64,000 bases of DNA from sequence record OU343168.1. One strand, given 5' to 3'. Shown piece by piece: positions 29,783-39,244 of the stretch. A model generated the notes under the pieces. The model ran no database searches, was not told the origin of the DNA, and saw nothing but the letters and a program-made list of their open reading frames with translations. The number at the start of each line of letters is the position of its first letter. Position 1 is the first letter of the stretch. The position numbers and the translations under genes were made by a program.

Positions 29783-31202
29783 TAACAATGATTACCCTAT
29801 TCCTCTACCAGGAGGAATTCGTGCAGATAGAAAGGATATACACAACTCCTATTGAACATCCAGAGGAAGTTGGGTTTTATAAACATCCAACATTGCCGAT
29901 TTGGTTGTCTAAAGACGACGATCGGATCCTCACAGAAACAGGTTTCGTGGAACCAAGCATAGGCGGCGAATACAAGTACTACATTCGTCAGCACCTCCAT
30001 GTGTTGAAACTAGAGACATTTCTTGAGAAGCCCAGCTCAACTATCAAGTTGTGGGGGAATCACAGGGATGGCGACAAGCGCAATAATCACCTGGAAAACT
30101 TGGAGTGGTGTACTCCGTCAATGAATTTGATCCATGCGTTTAAGACCGGTCTTAGGTCGGATAACCTTCCCGGGTTACTCACCGATCTAGAAACAGGTGA
30201 GGTCAAATCATTTACGAGTTTAAGGGAATGCGCTACCTACTTAGGTATCAATCCTGGTACACTCACTGTTTACATGAAATCTGATAGAAAGTATCCGCTC
30301 AAGTTTAAGTACTCTGTGCGTCTAATATCGGAAGAGCCTAGCAAACTGACTGCTGACGACATTGGTAAAGTAAGGAAGGGTGGACCCAAACCTTGCAAGA
30401 TCGTCAATAAACTCACTGGCGAAATAAAGCATCTGGCCTTTGAGAAAAGCATTCAGGAACTGTTCGGTTTATCTGAGAGACGTTATCAGCGTGCTTTGAA
30501 AGAACGTGGATACGAAGACTGGATTTTCGAAGAAGTGAAGACGTATGAAGAATACGTCGAGTGTTTAAAGGATGATAAGGCGAAGACTGTAAAGTCTAAC
30601 CGACATCTTTCTTTAGTCAAGGAAAAACAGTTGGCTACAGCTAAGAAGATTGTGGTTACTAACAATCTGACAGGCGAAATAACTGAATTCGACAATCTTA
30701 GTGACTTCTCAATGGAGAATGGTTTCATGATAAGCGAGATCAACCGCGCTTTGAAAACCAAAGATTCATGGAGAGAATTCACATTTAAATATCTGGAATA
30801 GGGTAATTGTTAAAGGCTCACCAGGCACGAAAGTCCTGGATGAGAATCTCTTTAATTGCTGGAACACCCACAAAAGTGAACCACCTTACGTAACCGTAAG
30901 GGGACGAAAGTCAGAAACAACGGTTCACCTGTCCTACGCTAACCAATAACGCTAAGGGATACTGACAAGGGGCAACCAGCAGCGAAGCCTGTTGTTATTC
31001 AACAGGAACGTTCAACGGCCATTCGATGACCCGTAATCTGATTACGGCGAGAAGTAGGGTAGCAAGCTAATGGCACCCGAAACAGGAGACATCCCCCCTC
31101 TGGTTAACAGAGCGGGTGAAGATATGGTCTGACCACCGTTTAAGAGACGGTGCAGGTGCTACAACGTACCGGGTAATGAGTTGCGACATTACTGGACAAG
31201 TG
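29783..31202 (+). mobile_element. group I intron (1420 nt) inside the RNAP catalytic motif
   Basis: 5' exon ends in U, intron starts UAA and ends in G; splicing gives NA|DFDGD; core P AATTGCTGGAA (30854), Q AACCAGCAGC (30974), R GTTCAACGGCCA, S AAGATATGGTCT (31119). Confidence 0.92.
29821..30801 (+). CDS. intron-encoded HNH homing endonuclease
   Basis: NHRDGDKRNNHLENLEWCTPSMN HNH motif; three NUMOD1/IENR1-like repeats; GTG 29821 follows AGGAGG (ATG 29788 is the alternative start). Confidence 0.9.
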   Translation: MQIERIYTTPIEHPEEVGFYKHPTLPIWLSKDDDRILTETGFVEPSIGGEYKYYIRQHLHVLKLETFLEKPSSTIKLWGNHRDGDKRNNHLENLEWCTPSMNLIHAFKTGLRSDNLPGLLTDLETGEVKSFTSLRECATYLGINPGTLTVYMKSDRKYPLKFKYSVRLISEEPSKLTADDIGKVRKGGPKPCKIVNKLTGEIKHLAFEKSIQELFGLSERRYQRALKERGYEDWIFEEVKTYEEYVECLKDDKAKTVKSNRHLSLVKEKQLATAKKIVVTNNLTGEITEFDNLSDFSMENGFMISEINRALKTKDSWREFTFKYLE

Positions 31203-31394
31203 GATTTTGATGGTGATTCCATGTATGCCATCTTCTTGATTGACTTGGAGTCTAAAGCGAAAGCCTACGGGGGATTAGGTCATCATCAGGTATTGGATAA
31301 CAACGTTCCCTTCAAGATCAGCAAGTATGCGGGACAAACCGCTACCAACCTGATGAACTTCAATACCCTCATGCTACAGAAACCGATTGAGTAA
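31203..31394 (+). CDS. non-virion RNAP beta' N-part, exon 2
   Basis: starts DFDGD in frame with exon 1; spliced protein 543 aa. Confidence 0.9.
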   Translation, partial: DFDGDSMYAIFLIDLESKAKAYGGLGHHQVLDNNVPFKISKYAGQTATNLMNFNTLMLQKPIE

Positions 31395-31403
31395 GGAGGT
31401 GAA

Positions 31404-32051
31404 GTGTCGATGCGAAGTGCTAATGCCTTCAGTCACGCGATCTCAGGCAGTTTTACCGAAGAGTCCATAGCCAAGTACGCCGACTACGTAAACAACTCTA
31501 CAGCGCTCCTACAGAACGCTGGAGGCTGGTTGGGGGAACAAGCCAAGAAGACCCTGGATTGTTTTACCAGCTTCGTAAACTCCCGCGCGTGGGAAATGGG
31601 TAAACGGTTGTTGAATAAGAACGACGGGGAGTACGTCGGTCGGTATTCCATTGGCTACCTGGGGAGTATTGAAGCCCTCCAAGGTGCTGAGGGATATATG
31701 CGGGACTACATCATGGCAAATCCCGTCATGATGCAGCTGTACCTGGACGGTGAAATCGAAGGGTATGGTGGGGAGTTCAGCAAGTTCTGTTCAGGTGTTG
31801 GGGAGGAGAACCTCTTCTATCGCCGCAGTATGAATGGGTTGCTGAATTTGACTACCGTGGATGATAAACCGCATCTACGACATACCCATTACCACGACAG
31901 CCTAGGCGGTAAGATCTCCTTCAGGGAACGGTGTGATGTCCAGAAGACCTGGGCAGCCATCGATCACCATCGGGCTAAATCCCTGTTCGACCTCACCAGT
32001 CCTGCTGGGAATAAGCTGAAGAGTGCTGAAGAAGAAACCACCGAGGAGTAA
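31404..32051 (+). CDS. conserved hypothetical protein
   Basis: AAGGAGG RBS; GTG 31404 or ATG 31410. Confidence 0.75.
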   Translation: MSMRSANAFSHAISGSFTEESIAKYADYVNNSTALLQNAGGWLGEQAKKTLDCFTSFVNSRAWEMGKRLLNKNDGEYVGRYSIGYLGSIEALQGAEGYMRDYIMANPVMMQLYLDGEIEGYGGEFSKFCSGVGEENLFYRRSMNGLLNLTTVDDKPHLRHTHYHDSLGGKISFRERCDVQKTWAAIDHHRAKSLFDLTSPAGNKLKSAEEETTEE

Positions 32052-32059
32052 GGTGTCTA

Positions 32060-32089
32060 AACCAAGCAGGGAATCACCCCTGCTTGGTT
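32060..32089 (+). terminator. rho-independent terminator
   Basis: AACCAAGCAGGG / CCCTGCTTGGTT. Confidence 0.7.
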
Positions 32090-32150
32090 TATTATGACCT
32101 TTTATTTTGTCTTTCTATAGAGAGCCTTCTTTCTTTAGGGAGTTAACGGT

Positions 32151-32558
32151 ATGGCGCGGTTTTGCGTAGGGACAATGGACAGTAAGTTAGGGTGGGAGAC
32201 TCAGTCTCCTGATACCGCTATTTCACGTCATGTGACCTATTGGTTTACCAGCCGAGAGAACCAAGGTAAACTGATTGGAGGGGTTCCTAGTTTCTACATG
32301 ATCTTTAAAGACTTCGCTCAATACCCCGATCAAATGGTGGAACAAGTCCAGGACAAATTCAAGGCGTACCTGGAGGAATTGTTCGACGAAGTCATGGTGG
32401 GTGTAAGTCGACAAAATGTTACTGGGAGTGTCAATAATTACAGGCTCATACTGACCGCTCGTGTCGTAGTGGACAATATGAAGTATGACTTGGCGCAAAC
32501 CATTCTGATCACCGGTGAACTGTACAAAGTTCTGGACTTAGAGAGACTTAAACGATGA
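32151..32558 (+). CDS. conserved hypothetical protein
   Basis: GGGGAG RBS. Confidence 0.75.
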   Translation: MARFCVGTMDSKLGWETQSPDTAISRHVTYWFTSRENQGKLIGGVPSFYMIFKDFAQYPDQMVEQVQDKFKAYLEELFDEVMVGVSRQNVTGSVNNYRLILTARVVVDNMKYDLAQTILITGELYKVLDLERLKR

Positions 32559-33388
32559 CTGACAAACACAACGAAGACTTCCGGGGTAAAGTTCCTGATC
32601 ATATCCAAGAGATGCACCTGGAGAATGACCTTGGTTGGTTGAAGGACTTGAAAGTCCACGAACTGGATGGTAAACTCCTGCTGGGTGAGCCGGGAGAAGA
32701 ACTCCCCTTTAACGTGAGTCATGTGATTGAAGAGAAGGAATTCGTTCAGAAATGGTTGATTCCCTTTGCGCTGGGGAATTCCACCGGAGTGAACTACTTC
32801 CCCTTCCAGGAATGGTGTTCCTTTACCTTTAACGGAACCCGGTCTGTATTGGTGGTCGCCCGGGATGCTGAAACCGGTAAATACGAACCGACCCTCTTGG
32901 TTCCGCCGATTATTTCCAACTCCCTGACTGCGGATGACCGGTACAAGCTCCGGATGGCCTCGCTGGCTATTTACAATATCAGTGAAGACAACCGCCAGAA
33001 AGAGAACCTGAACGCCAGCTTGAAGGTTGCGAATGCCTTGGCGGATAGCAAAATAGGTCTGGAAGCTAAACCCACGACCCTGACGGATTTGATTACCCCG
33101 ACTTTCTTCGAGAAGTTCTCGATCGTTCCGGAAGTGGAGCGCAAGGTTTACTGGATTCGGGATGTTATCCGGAAAGGAACTGAAACCAATCCCGATGACC
33201 TGACTCGTGCTCGCGCGCTGTTCTTTAAAGAACACAAAGGTGAGACTCTGACTCAGGATGAGTTGAAATTCCTAAACCAACTGAGTTTAGGGGATTATGA
33301 GATTGAAGACCGTCTGGCTGACGCACCGAGTGAACAGGCGGATAACGAATCGCCGGACGATCCCGACTTCGATCCGTTGGCGTGTTAA
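32555..33388 (+). CDS. conserved hypothetical protein
   Basis: ATGA-coupled; acidic C-terminal tail. Confidence 0.75.
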   Translation: MTDKHNEDFRGKVPDHIQEMHLENDLGWLKDLKVHELDGKLLLGEPGEELPFNVSHVIEEKEFVQKWLIPFALGNSTGVNYFPFQEWCSFTFNGTRSVLVVARDAETGKYEPTLLVPPIISNSLTADDRYKLRMASLAIYNISEDNRQKENLNASLKVANALADSKIGLEAKPTTLTDLITPTFFEKFSIVPEVERKVYWIRDVIRKGTETNPDDLTRARALFFKEHKGETLTQDELKFLNQLSLGDYEIEDRLADAPSEQADNESPDDPDFDPLAC

Positions 33389-33410
33389 GGTAGTAAGGGG
33401 TAGACTATTC

Positions 33411-34526
33411 ATGCGGATTCTTTGGACTTCCGACCACCATACGCTACACCAGACAACCCCCACTACTCATGTACTGGGGAATATGTCGACGTTTTACTTT
33501 AAAGATCACGATCTGAACAATATCGATCTGTCGATCTTTGGTGGGGACCTCACAGAACGCATGGTAGAGGCCCCTAACCCTGATTTCATTAAACTTAAGG
33601 AATGGGCCAAGGTTTACCTGAACGCGTGCGACAAGGCCCATACAGCCGTTCTAGTACTGGAAGGAACCCACTCCCACGACAGGGGTCAGCCTAAACACTT
33701 GGAGACGCTGGCTCCCGAGGGAATGGATTTCCGGTATGTGGATGCTTTGTCCATTCAGTATTACCCCCAATTCAACAATCTCAGTATTCTCTGTGTTCCT
33801 GACAACATGGGAACCCTGACACCTGATGAGATTTGGGACAAGACTGTCGCATTGCTCAATGAACACAAACTGAAGCAAGTGGACTTGATTGTGTTTCATG
33901 GTGCGTGGGAGCATCAATTGCCGGTCCAAGTACGACACAAGGCTCACCAGTTAGCCCGGTGGGAAACTATTGTTAAGTACTTCATTCTGTCGGGTCATAT
34001 CCACGTCCCCTCTGAAGTGGGTAAGATGCGGTGTTCGGGTTCCTTTGACCGTACAGCCCACGGGGAAGAACACCCGAAAGGGGGGTATTTGGTTGAACTT
34101 GACCTGGAGAAGGAAACCGCCACTTCAACCTTCCAGGAAAATAAGAACGCCCTCCCGTATTTAACCCTGAAAGTCAAAGAAGACATTACGACCGAACAAT
34201 TGGTCTTGGACCTTCAGCAGTTCATCCGCCGGAAGAAACTCCCGTACCACAGTCAAATCCGGGTCATGGGCGGTGCAGCGGATATCGTTAAACCGGTTAT
34301 TCGTATCTTTGAGAAAGAATTCCCCTACTTTGGCTTTAAAGCGGAGAATGCGAAAGCCAAAGAACAGCATGTTCAAGACGACCTGTTCAATAACCAAACG
34401 TACGATTACCCTCAGTTAACGAAAAAGAACTTGGCATCAGCCCTGTTACCTGAATGTCAAGGTGTCTTCGAGAAGGAAGGGATCTCTGATGAAGAAGCCT
34501 TGAAAGTCCTGGAGGAATTCCTATGA
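33411..34526 (+). CDS. sbcD: SbcD/Mre11-family metallophosphoesterase nuclease
   Basis: SDHH, GGD, GTHSHD, FHG and GHIH motifs; start reassigned to 33411. Confidence 0.85.
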   Translation: MRILWTSDHHTLHQTTPTTHVLGNMSTFYFKDHDLNNIDLSIFGGDLTERMVEAPNPDFIKLKEWAKVYLNACDKAHTAVLVLEGTHSHDRGQPKHLETLAPEGMDFRYVDALSIQYYPQFNNLSILCVPDNMGTLTPDEIWDKTVALLNEHKLKQVDLIVFHGAWEHQLPVQVRHKAHQLARWETIVKYFILSGHIHVPSEVGKMRCSGSFDRTAHGEEHPKGGYLVELDLEKETATSTFQENKNALPYLTLKVKEDITTEQLVLDLQQFIRRKKLPYHSQIRVMGGAADIVKPVIRIFEKEFPYFGFKAENAKAKEQHVQDDLFNNQTYDYPQLTKKNLASALLPECQGVFEKEGISDEEALKVLEEFL

Positions 34527-35320
34527 GAAGTACAGGTGCTTTAGGAATGTCCGTAGGGACATCGTTGGCGTTTGAGAGTGATGCGGCTTCCCTAATACGT
34601 AATTCGGATACCATCCTGCTGAACCTTATGACGCTAATACGGAATGCGTATGACGCGTATGAGACCAAAGAGGAAAAGGATCAACTGACATCAGATCAAC
34701 TGGTAGAGGCGGTTACCGGTGATCTGAAGATCCTGGCGAAATGGATGGAAGAGGCGCGTAAAAGTAAACCGGTTGAACTGGTGGTGTATTATCCCACCTA
34801 TGCGGGTCTTAAGACTCGTTTCCGTCATGCGGATCTCAAACTCCCTACGACGAAGAATCAAATCCGATACGATACCCTCTCGAAAGAGACGGCAAAGAAG
34901 CTGTATACGAAATACGAGAAACTGTTGTCTAAGACAGACGTCGGCATGCCTGAATTCAAAGGGCGGGGTATTGTATTGACGCACCACGTGGTGGACCTCG
35001 CGGTATCGAACAGTGTTGGACGTTTAATACTGTTGGAGTCGTATACGGGTAAAACCAAACCCTTTACCCAGTGGTACACCAAACTGACGGGAGGAGAGGA
35101 CCTGTTTTACATGCCATTTAACCGGTTCACCATCCAGATCTTTGGTGACCGTTCAACCAATTTCATGTCGTCCTCAACAGGGATTAAGGAGCTGGTGAAG
35201 AAACTGGCGCTGGATAATAAGTGGACATCCGCCACAACACTGGGACGAATCAGAAGTCATATCAACAACCTGCCACAAGGGGTAGACCGAGCCGGTCTAC
35301 AGCTGATGCTGAACGGTTAG
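34523..35320 (+). CDS. conserved hypothetical protein
   Basis: ATGA-coupled to sbcD, GGAGG RBS. Confidence 0.7.
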   Translation: MRSTGALGMSVGTSLAFESDAASLIRNSDTILLNLMTLIRNAYDAYETKEEKDQLTSDQLVEAVTGDLKILAKWMEEARKSKPVELVVYYPTYAGLKTRFRHADLKLPTTKNQIRYDTLSKETAKKLYTKYEKLLSKTDVGMPEFKGRGIVLTHHVVDLAVSNSVGRLILLESYTGKTKPFTQWYTKLTGGEDLFYMPFNRFTIQIFGDRSTNFMSSSTGIKELVKKLALDNKWTSATTLGRIRSHINNLPQGVDRAGLQLMLNG

Positions 35321-35389
35321 TATCCCATCTATTCTCACTGAAGATTCTATCTTTATTGGTTAGGAATTTCGAATTTAAGGTAACCTCTC

Positions 35390-36088
35390 ATGAGTGACAA
35401 TCAACATCGCAAGTTTACCCCCCGTAAGAAAACCCTCCTGAATGACTGGAAACAGCCTCATCCAACGACCTTGGAACCTTTGCCGGGAGCAAAGTACCCG
35501 GCGCAGGGGATGTTCGAGTGCAAGAACAGTGGGGCGTTTCCCATTGTCTTCAAGATCAACGACGGCATCTTTGAGAAAGGTTCCAACAGTAACCACAAAG
35601 AAGTCGAACTGAACTATTCGGATCGGGGCGCGCTCTTCGAAGCGATTATTGAGGCCTCGAATGATGCGAACTTTGGGTTCCGTCAGATCCCGATTTCGAA
35701 GAAGCAGATGATCTTCTCGGGTGGGAGCGCGCGTCAATCGGAGAACCCGATTGTTCAAGCGACCTTTACCATCATCCGGGATAAGAACGGTGTGATCCAC
35801 CTGGGGTATACCAAAGGGGATTACAAAGTCCCGTTGGTATTCCGGGGTTCCAACTTCACGACGGTATACGTCAAGAATGAAGCCGGGGAGCGCGTTGAAG
35901 ACCAGGGCTTGATGTCCCGTTGGGTAGCTCGGGCCTGGGTGCGTTTCCACCAGGATCTCCTGAATGAGATCGAACAGGCAGCCTGGGAGCCTCCGAAACC
36001 GCGTGACGGTGGGGCAAACAACAACCGACAGTCTTCCAATGACTCCGGTTCGACCACCCACGATGACTTCGATGACGTGGAATTCTAA
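35390..36088 (+). CDS. probable ChmC / single-stranded nucleic-acid-binding protein
   Basis: position immediately before the gp68 homologue; disordered tail ending HDDFDDVEF. Confidence 0.55.
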   Translation: MSDNQHRKFTPRKKTLLNDWKQPHPTTLEPLPGAKYPAQGMFECKNSGAFPIVFKINDGIFEKGSNSNHKEVELNYSDRGALFEAIIEASNDANFGFRQIPISKKQMIFSGGSARQSENPIVQATFTIIRDKNGVIHLGYTKGDYKVPLVFRGSNFTTVYVKNEAGERVEDQGLMSRWVARAWVRFHQDLLNEIEQAAWEPPKPRDGGANNNRQSSNDSGSTTHDDFDDVEF

Positions 36089-36100
36089 TTAGACCAAGAA

Positions 36101-36127
36101 GGGTAGGAGGGGTTGCCCCTCCTACCC
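36101..36127 (+). terminator. rho-independent terminator-like hairpin
   Basis: GGGTAGGAGGGG / CCCCTCCTACCC. Confidence 0.7.
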
Positions 36128-36149
36128 GGTCTATTCGTTTGGTTAGAAT

Positions 36150-36167
36150 ATTTTAAACCTACATTAT
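36150..36167 (+). promoter_or_regulatory. early-type promoter motif
   Basis: ATTT-TAAACC-TACATTAT. Confidence 0.6.
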
Positions 36168-36205
36168 CTTCCCGTAATCCTGGACTATTCTGTTTGGAGT
36201 GAACC

Positions 36206-37759
36206 ATGTTTAACATCGAAGTTAAGCGGAAATCCAAGAAAACGATTAAAGCCATCATTGTTTCGTTGAATGAGAAGAGCCTCCGCTTTAACGGTGATGC
36301 AACAATCAAACTTGAACGGGTGATTAAAGAAAAGGATGCGAGTGATCCTAATCTCTTCAGTTGTTTCAACGAGTATGTAGAAAATATCTTCGATACGGAT
36401 AAGAAGATTGAACTCTTTAAGTTGTATGAAAAGGCGTATCAGATTGCTGAAAGTCCCACGTATAAGGACTACCGGGTTGAAATCGCTGAAATTAAACCGA
36501 TTATCAACGCTATTCTAAACCTCATTGATATTCCCAAGTACTGTAGTTTCATCCAGTATTCCGAACACATGGTCGTTCCTCCTGACCTGAGCGTTGCTTC
36601 TAGTAAAGGGGATTACCCGGAGCAAACGACCATTACGGATTACGACTATAAAGAGTTGGTTAAGCTGACCTTTGTGATCCGTTCGGTTTATCCGATCATC
36701 TTCTCGTTAATTGCTCGCTTCGATGCGGCAATGGGAACAGGGTACAGTGAGCAGGTGTGTGGGAGTCTGATTAAAGATAACGCCCACATCGTTAACCTGT
36801 ATGGGTGGAAGAAACTTCAGACCTATGTGAACTTTGCCTTTGGTAAACGGGGCATACCCCAGCAAGCAGACAGTATTGGGAGTGTGGAGTATTTCGTGGA
36901 GCGGGTGCTGTATGACACCCTCTTCTCCCGGCTGTGCTGTGCAGTGATCCCCGAGACCGAAGAAGGGAAACACTTGGCCACCGCCATTAACGCTTCAGTA
37001 CGTCATCATGGATCGATTGGGGGAGGGTTTAAAGCCAAGGACGCCCGGGAAGGTGAAGATGATAAGCGGTCCCTGTTGGAACGGTATCATATCAACGAAG
37101 AGATCAAGGCGGCAAATGAAACCGTAGACGCTGAGTATTTCAGTTTAGGGTTGTTCGACGAGAATGACAATGAACGGTACGTGGATCGGTTCAAGATCCC
37201 GTGTCTGGGGTTGGGTATACAGAATCCCCAGCTGGTGGAACAGGTTTACGACAACATGCCCCCGAACTGGGACATCACGTTGGATAATCACGTCATTACG
37301 TTGCTTCAGCTGACGTTCGTTGATGCGATCTCTCCTATGATCTTCTGGAGTTGTGACGGGCATCAACTACGGGCAGCCATTGCCTTGGCTCAGGTCCGTC
37401 TGAGCGAACAAGGGTATCATTACCTTCCGTCGGTACTGGGAGCGAGTAATAATCCCGGAGGCATGCGGTCCCTTTCGGATGGTTTGCGGTTGAATACTGA
37501 AGATAAAGAATTCCTGGTCAGTATTTGTGACATCCAAAGTCGTAATGACGAAGGACGGTCCTTTAATGAAGCGGTGGAGGTCGCGACGGAGTTCTTGGAA
37601 ACCTTTGGGAATGGGCAATGGAAATCGAACCTGGAATATGGGGTGTTGGATGATCCTGAAGTCTATCAACGGGTAGAACGTGCGGCCTTGTTCGACCTAG
37701 AGATTGATTTGGAAATCAAGAATGAGTTCATGCGGTTAGTTAGACAATTCAATACCTGA
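36206..37759 (+). CDS. nvRNAP sigma-like subunit (phiKZ gp68-like)
   Basis: 517 aa helical protein; synteny in the chimallivirus core block. Confidence 0.6.
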   Translation: MFNIEVKRKSKKTIKAIIVSLNEKSLRFNGDATIKLERVIKEKDASDPNLFSCFNEYVENIFDTDKKIELFKLYEKAYQIAESPTYKDYRVEIAEIKPIINAILNLIDIPKYCSFIQYSEHMVVPPDLSVASSKGDYPEQTTITDYDYKELVKLTFVIRSVYPIIFSLIARFDAAMGTGYSEQVCGSLIKDNAHIVNLYGWKKLQTYVNFAFGKRGIPQQADSIGSVEYFVERVLYDTLFSRLCCAVIPETEEGKHLATAINASVRHHGSIGGGFKAKDAREGEDDKRSLLERYHINEEIKAANETVDAEYFSLGLFDENDNERYVDRFKIPCLGLGIQNPQLVEQVYDNMPPNWDITLDNHVITLLQLTFVDAISPMIFWSCDGHQLRAAIALAQVRLSEQGYHYLPSVLGASNNPGGMRSLSDGLRLNTEDKEFLVSICDIQSRNDEGRSFNEAVEVATEFLETFGNGQWKSNLEYGVLDDPEVYQRVERAALFDLEIDLEIKNEFMRLVRQFNT

Positions 37760-37793
37760 AAGTATCATCCGTAACTAGACAGAGGAAACAAAC

Positions 37794-39230
37794 ATGTCCG
37801 AAATGTTGGTGACATTGACCCGAGCCATTTTTGGCATGGGAAATAGCAACCACGATCACGTTCATCGTCATAACCAACTCAACCTGGACAGTACTGAGGT
37901 GGATGACCTCATCATGGAACAGGTCAATGGAGGTGTCACCGCGGGTACTCTGAACCGCATTGCTGCCTCCAGCGGTAACTTGTCCCAGCGCCCTCAGGGT
38001 TACGTCTCCGTCGAAGAAGGCTTCGGTGTACGGCGGGGAATTGGACAACTCACGTTCGTTATTGAAAGCAATTCGAACTTCCATTCGGAAATGTGTGTGG
38101 TGGGGTATCTCTTTGGAGGCACTGCGACGGAACAAGGTATCTCGGATGACACCATGTTCGTTCCGGTACGGACTTGGTCAACCTTGACGACCAACACCCA
38201 TGACAGTCAAGGCTTCCCGATGACCAAGCGGATGATCGACAGTTCCCACCAGTTCCTCATGGGATCGGTGGATCAGAACAAAGACCTGAAAGCCGTACGT
38301 CCGTTGGATGTCGGGAATGAAGCCTTGGGGTTCGCCGCCAGTGAAGAAGACGGTTCTGAGATGATGTATGCCGGGACGGTGGGGAGTGACCTCAAGAACA
38401 ACACCTTGATGTCGAAGACCCTCAACCTCAATCCCACGCATTATTCCCGGGAGTTGCTTAAACTGGCGACCAATGCAGGGTTCCACTCCTCCAATGGCAG
38501 TTCGTTGGAAGTGGAACTGTCCAATGGATTGATCGGGGAATCGATTGGAGAGCTTTCTCCGCTCGAAAACCCTTTCATGCGGGCGATGATGCAATCCACC
38601 GGTCAGTACATGCTGGGTGGTTTCCAGGGGTTCAGTATTGGGGAAATCTATCAGGTTTTCGATAACCTGTTGGATGTCATGAACCTCAACCTGTTGAATC
38701 CCAGTTCCTTTGCAGAAGACAACACCTTGCTCACCAGCAGTGAATATGGCTCTGCGGGTAACCATGAGGTGATCGCTACGGAACTGGCGATGATGTCGGT
38801 TCACCTGATGTTGCAGTGCGGTCTCTCCAGCCTACGGTTCTCCGCCACCAATAACCTCATGGAATACAGCACGATCATGGATGATGGTGTGGGTGTCGCT
38901 TTCGTCATCGGTGAAGCCATGTCCATGTTGGACAATGACATGTTCGTGGAAAACCGGGTGGAAGACTTCAAGCGTCTGATTGCTCAGCACTTCTTCTCGA
39001 AATACTCGGGTCCTCATGTTCATTTGAGAACCTTGATGAATATTGAGGTGGAGTGTTACATGTTTGGTGAGATCGTTATTACGATTTCGTTCAATGGGGA
39101 AGCCAACGAGAAAACCTTCACCAACGCCACCTACTACATTAATCATACCAGCAGCAGCATTGCTGGTAATGAAAACGGCCTGTTGGAAGCCAAGAACTTC
39201 CTGACTGGTATTCGCGAATATTTCAGCTAA
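37794..39230 (+). CDS. probable PicA/Imp1 nuclear import factor (phiKZ gp69-like)
   Basis: 478 aa directly after the gp68 homologue; assignment by synteny only. Confidence 0.55.
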   Translation: MSEMLVTLTRAIFGMGNSNHDHVHRHNQLNLDSTEVDDLIMEQVNGGVTAGTLNRIAASSGNLSQRPQGYVSVEEGFGVRRGIGQLTFVIESNSNFHSEMCVVGYLFGGTATEQGISDDTMFVPVRTWSTLTTNTHDSQGFPMTKRMIDSSHQFLMGSVDQNKDLKAVRPLDVGNEALGFAASEEDGSEMMYAGTVGSDLKNNTLMSKTLNLNPTHYSRELLKLATNAGFHSSNGSSLEVELSNGLIGESIGELSPLENPFMRAMMQSTGQYMLGGFQGFSIGEIYQVFDNLLDVMNLNLLNPSSFAEDNTLLTSSEYGSAGNHEVIATELAMMSVHLMLQCGLSSLRFSATNNLMEYSTIMDDGVGVAFVIGEAMSMLDNDMFVENRVEDFKRLIAQHFFSKYSGPHVHLRTLMNIEVECYMFGEIVITISFNGEANEKTFTNATYYINHTSSSIAGNENGLLEAKNFLTGIREYFS

Positions 39231-39244
39231 GAGGATAACCACTC

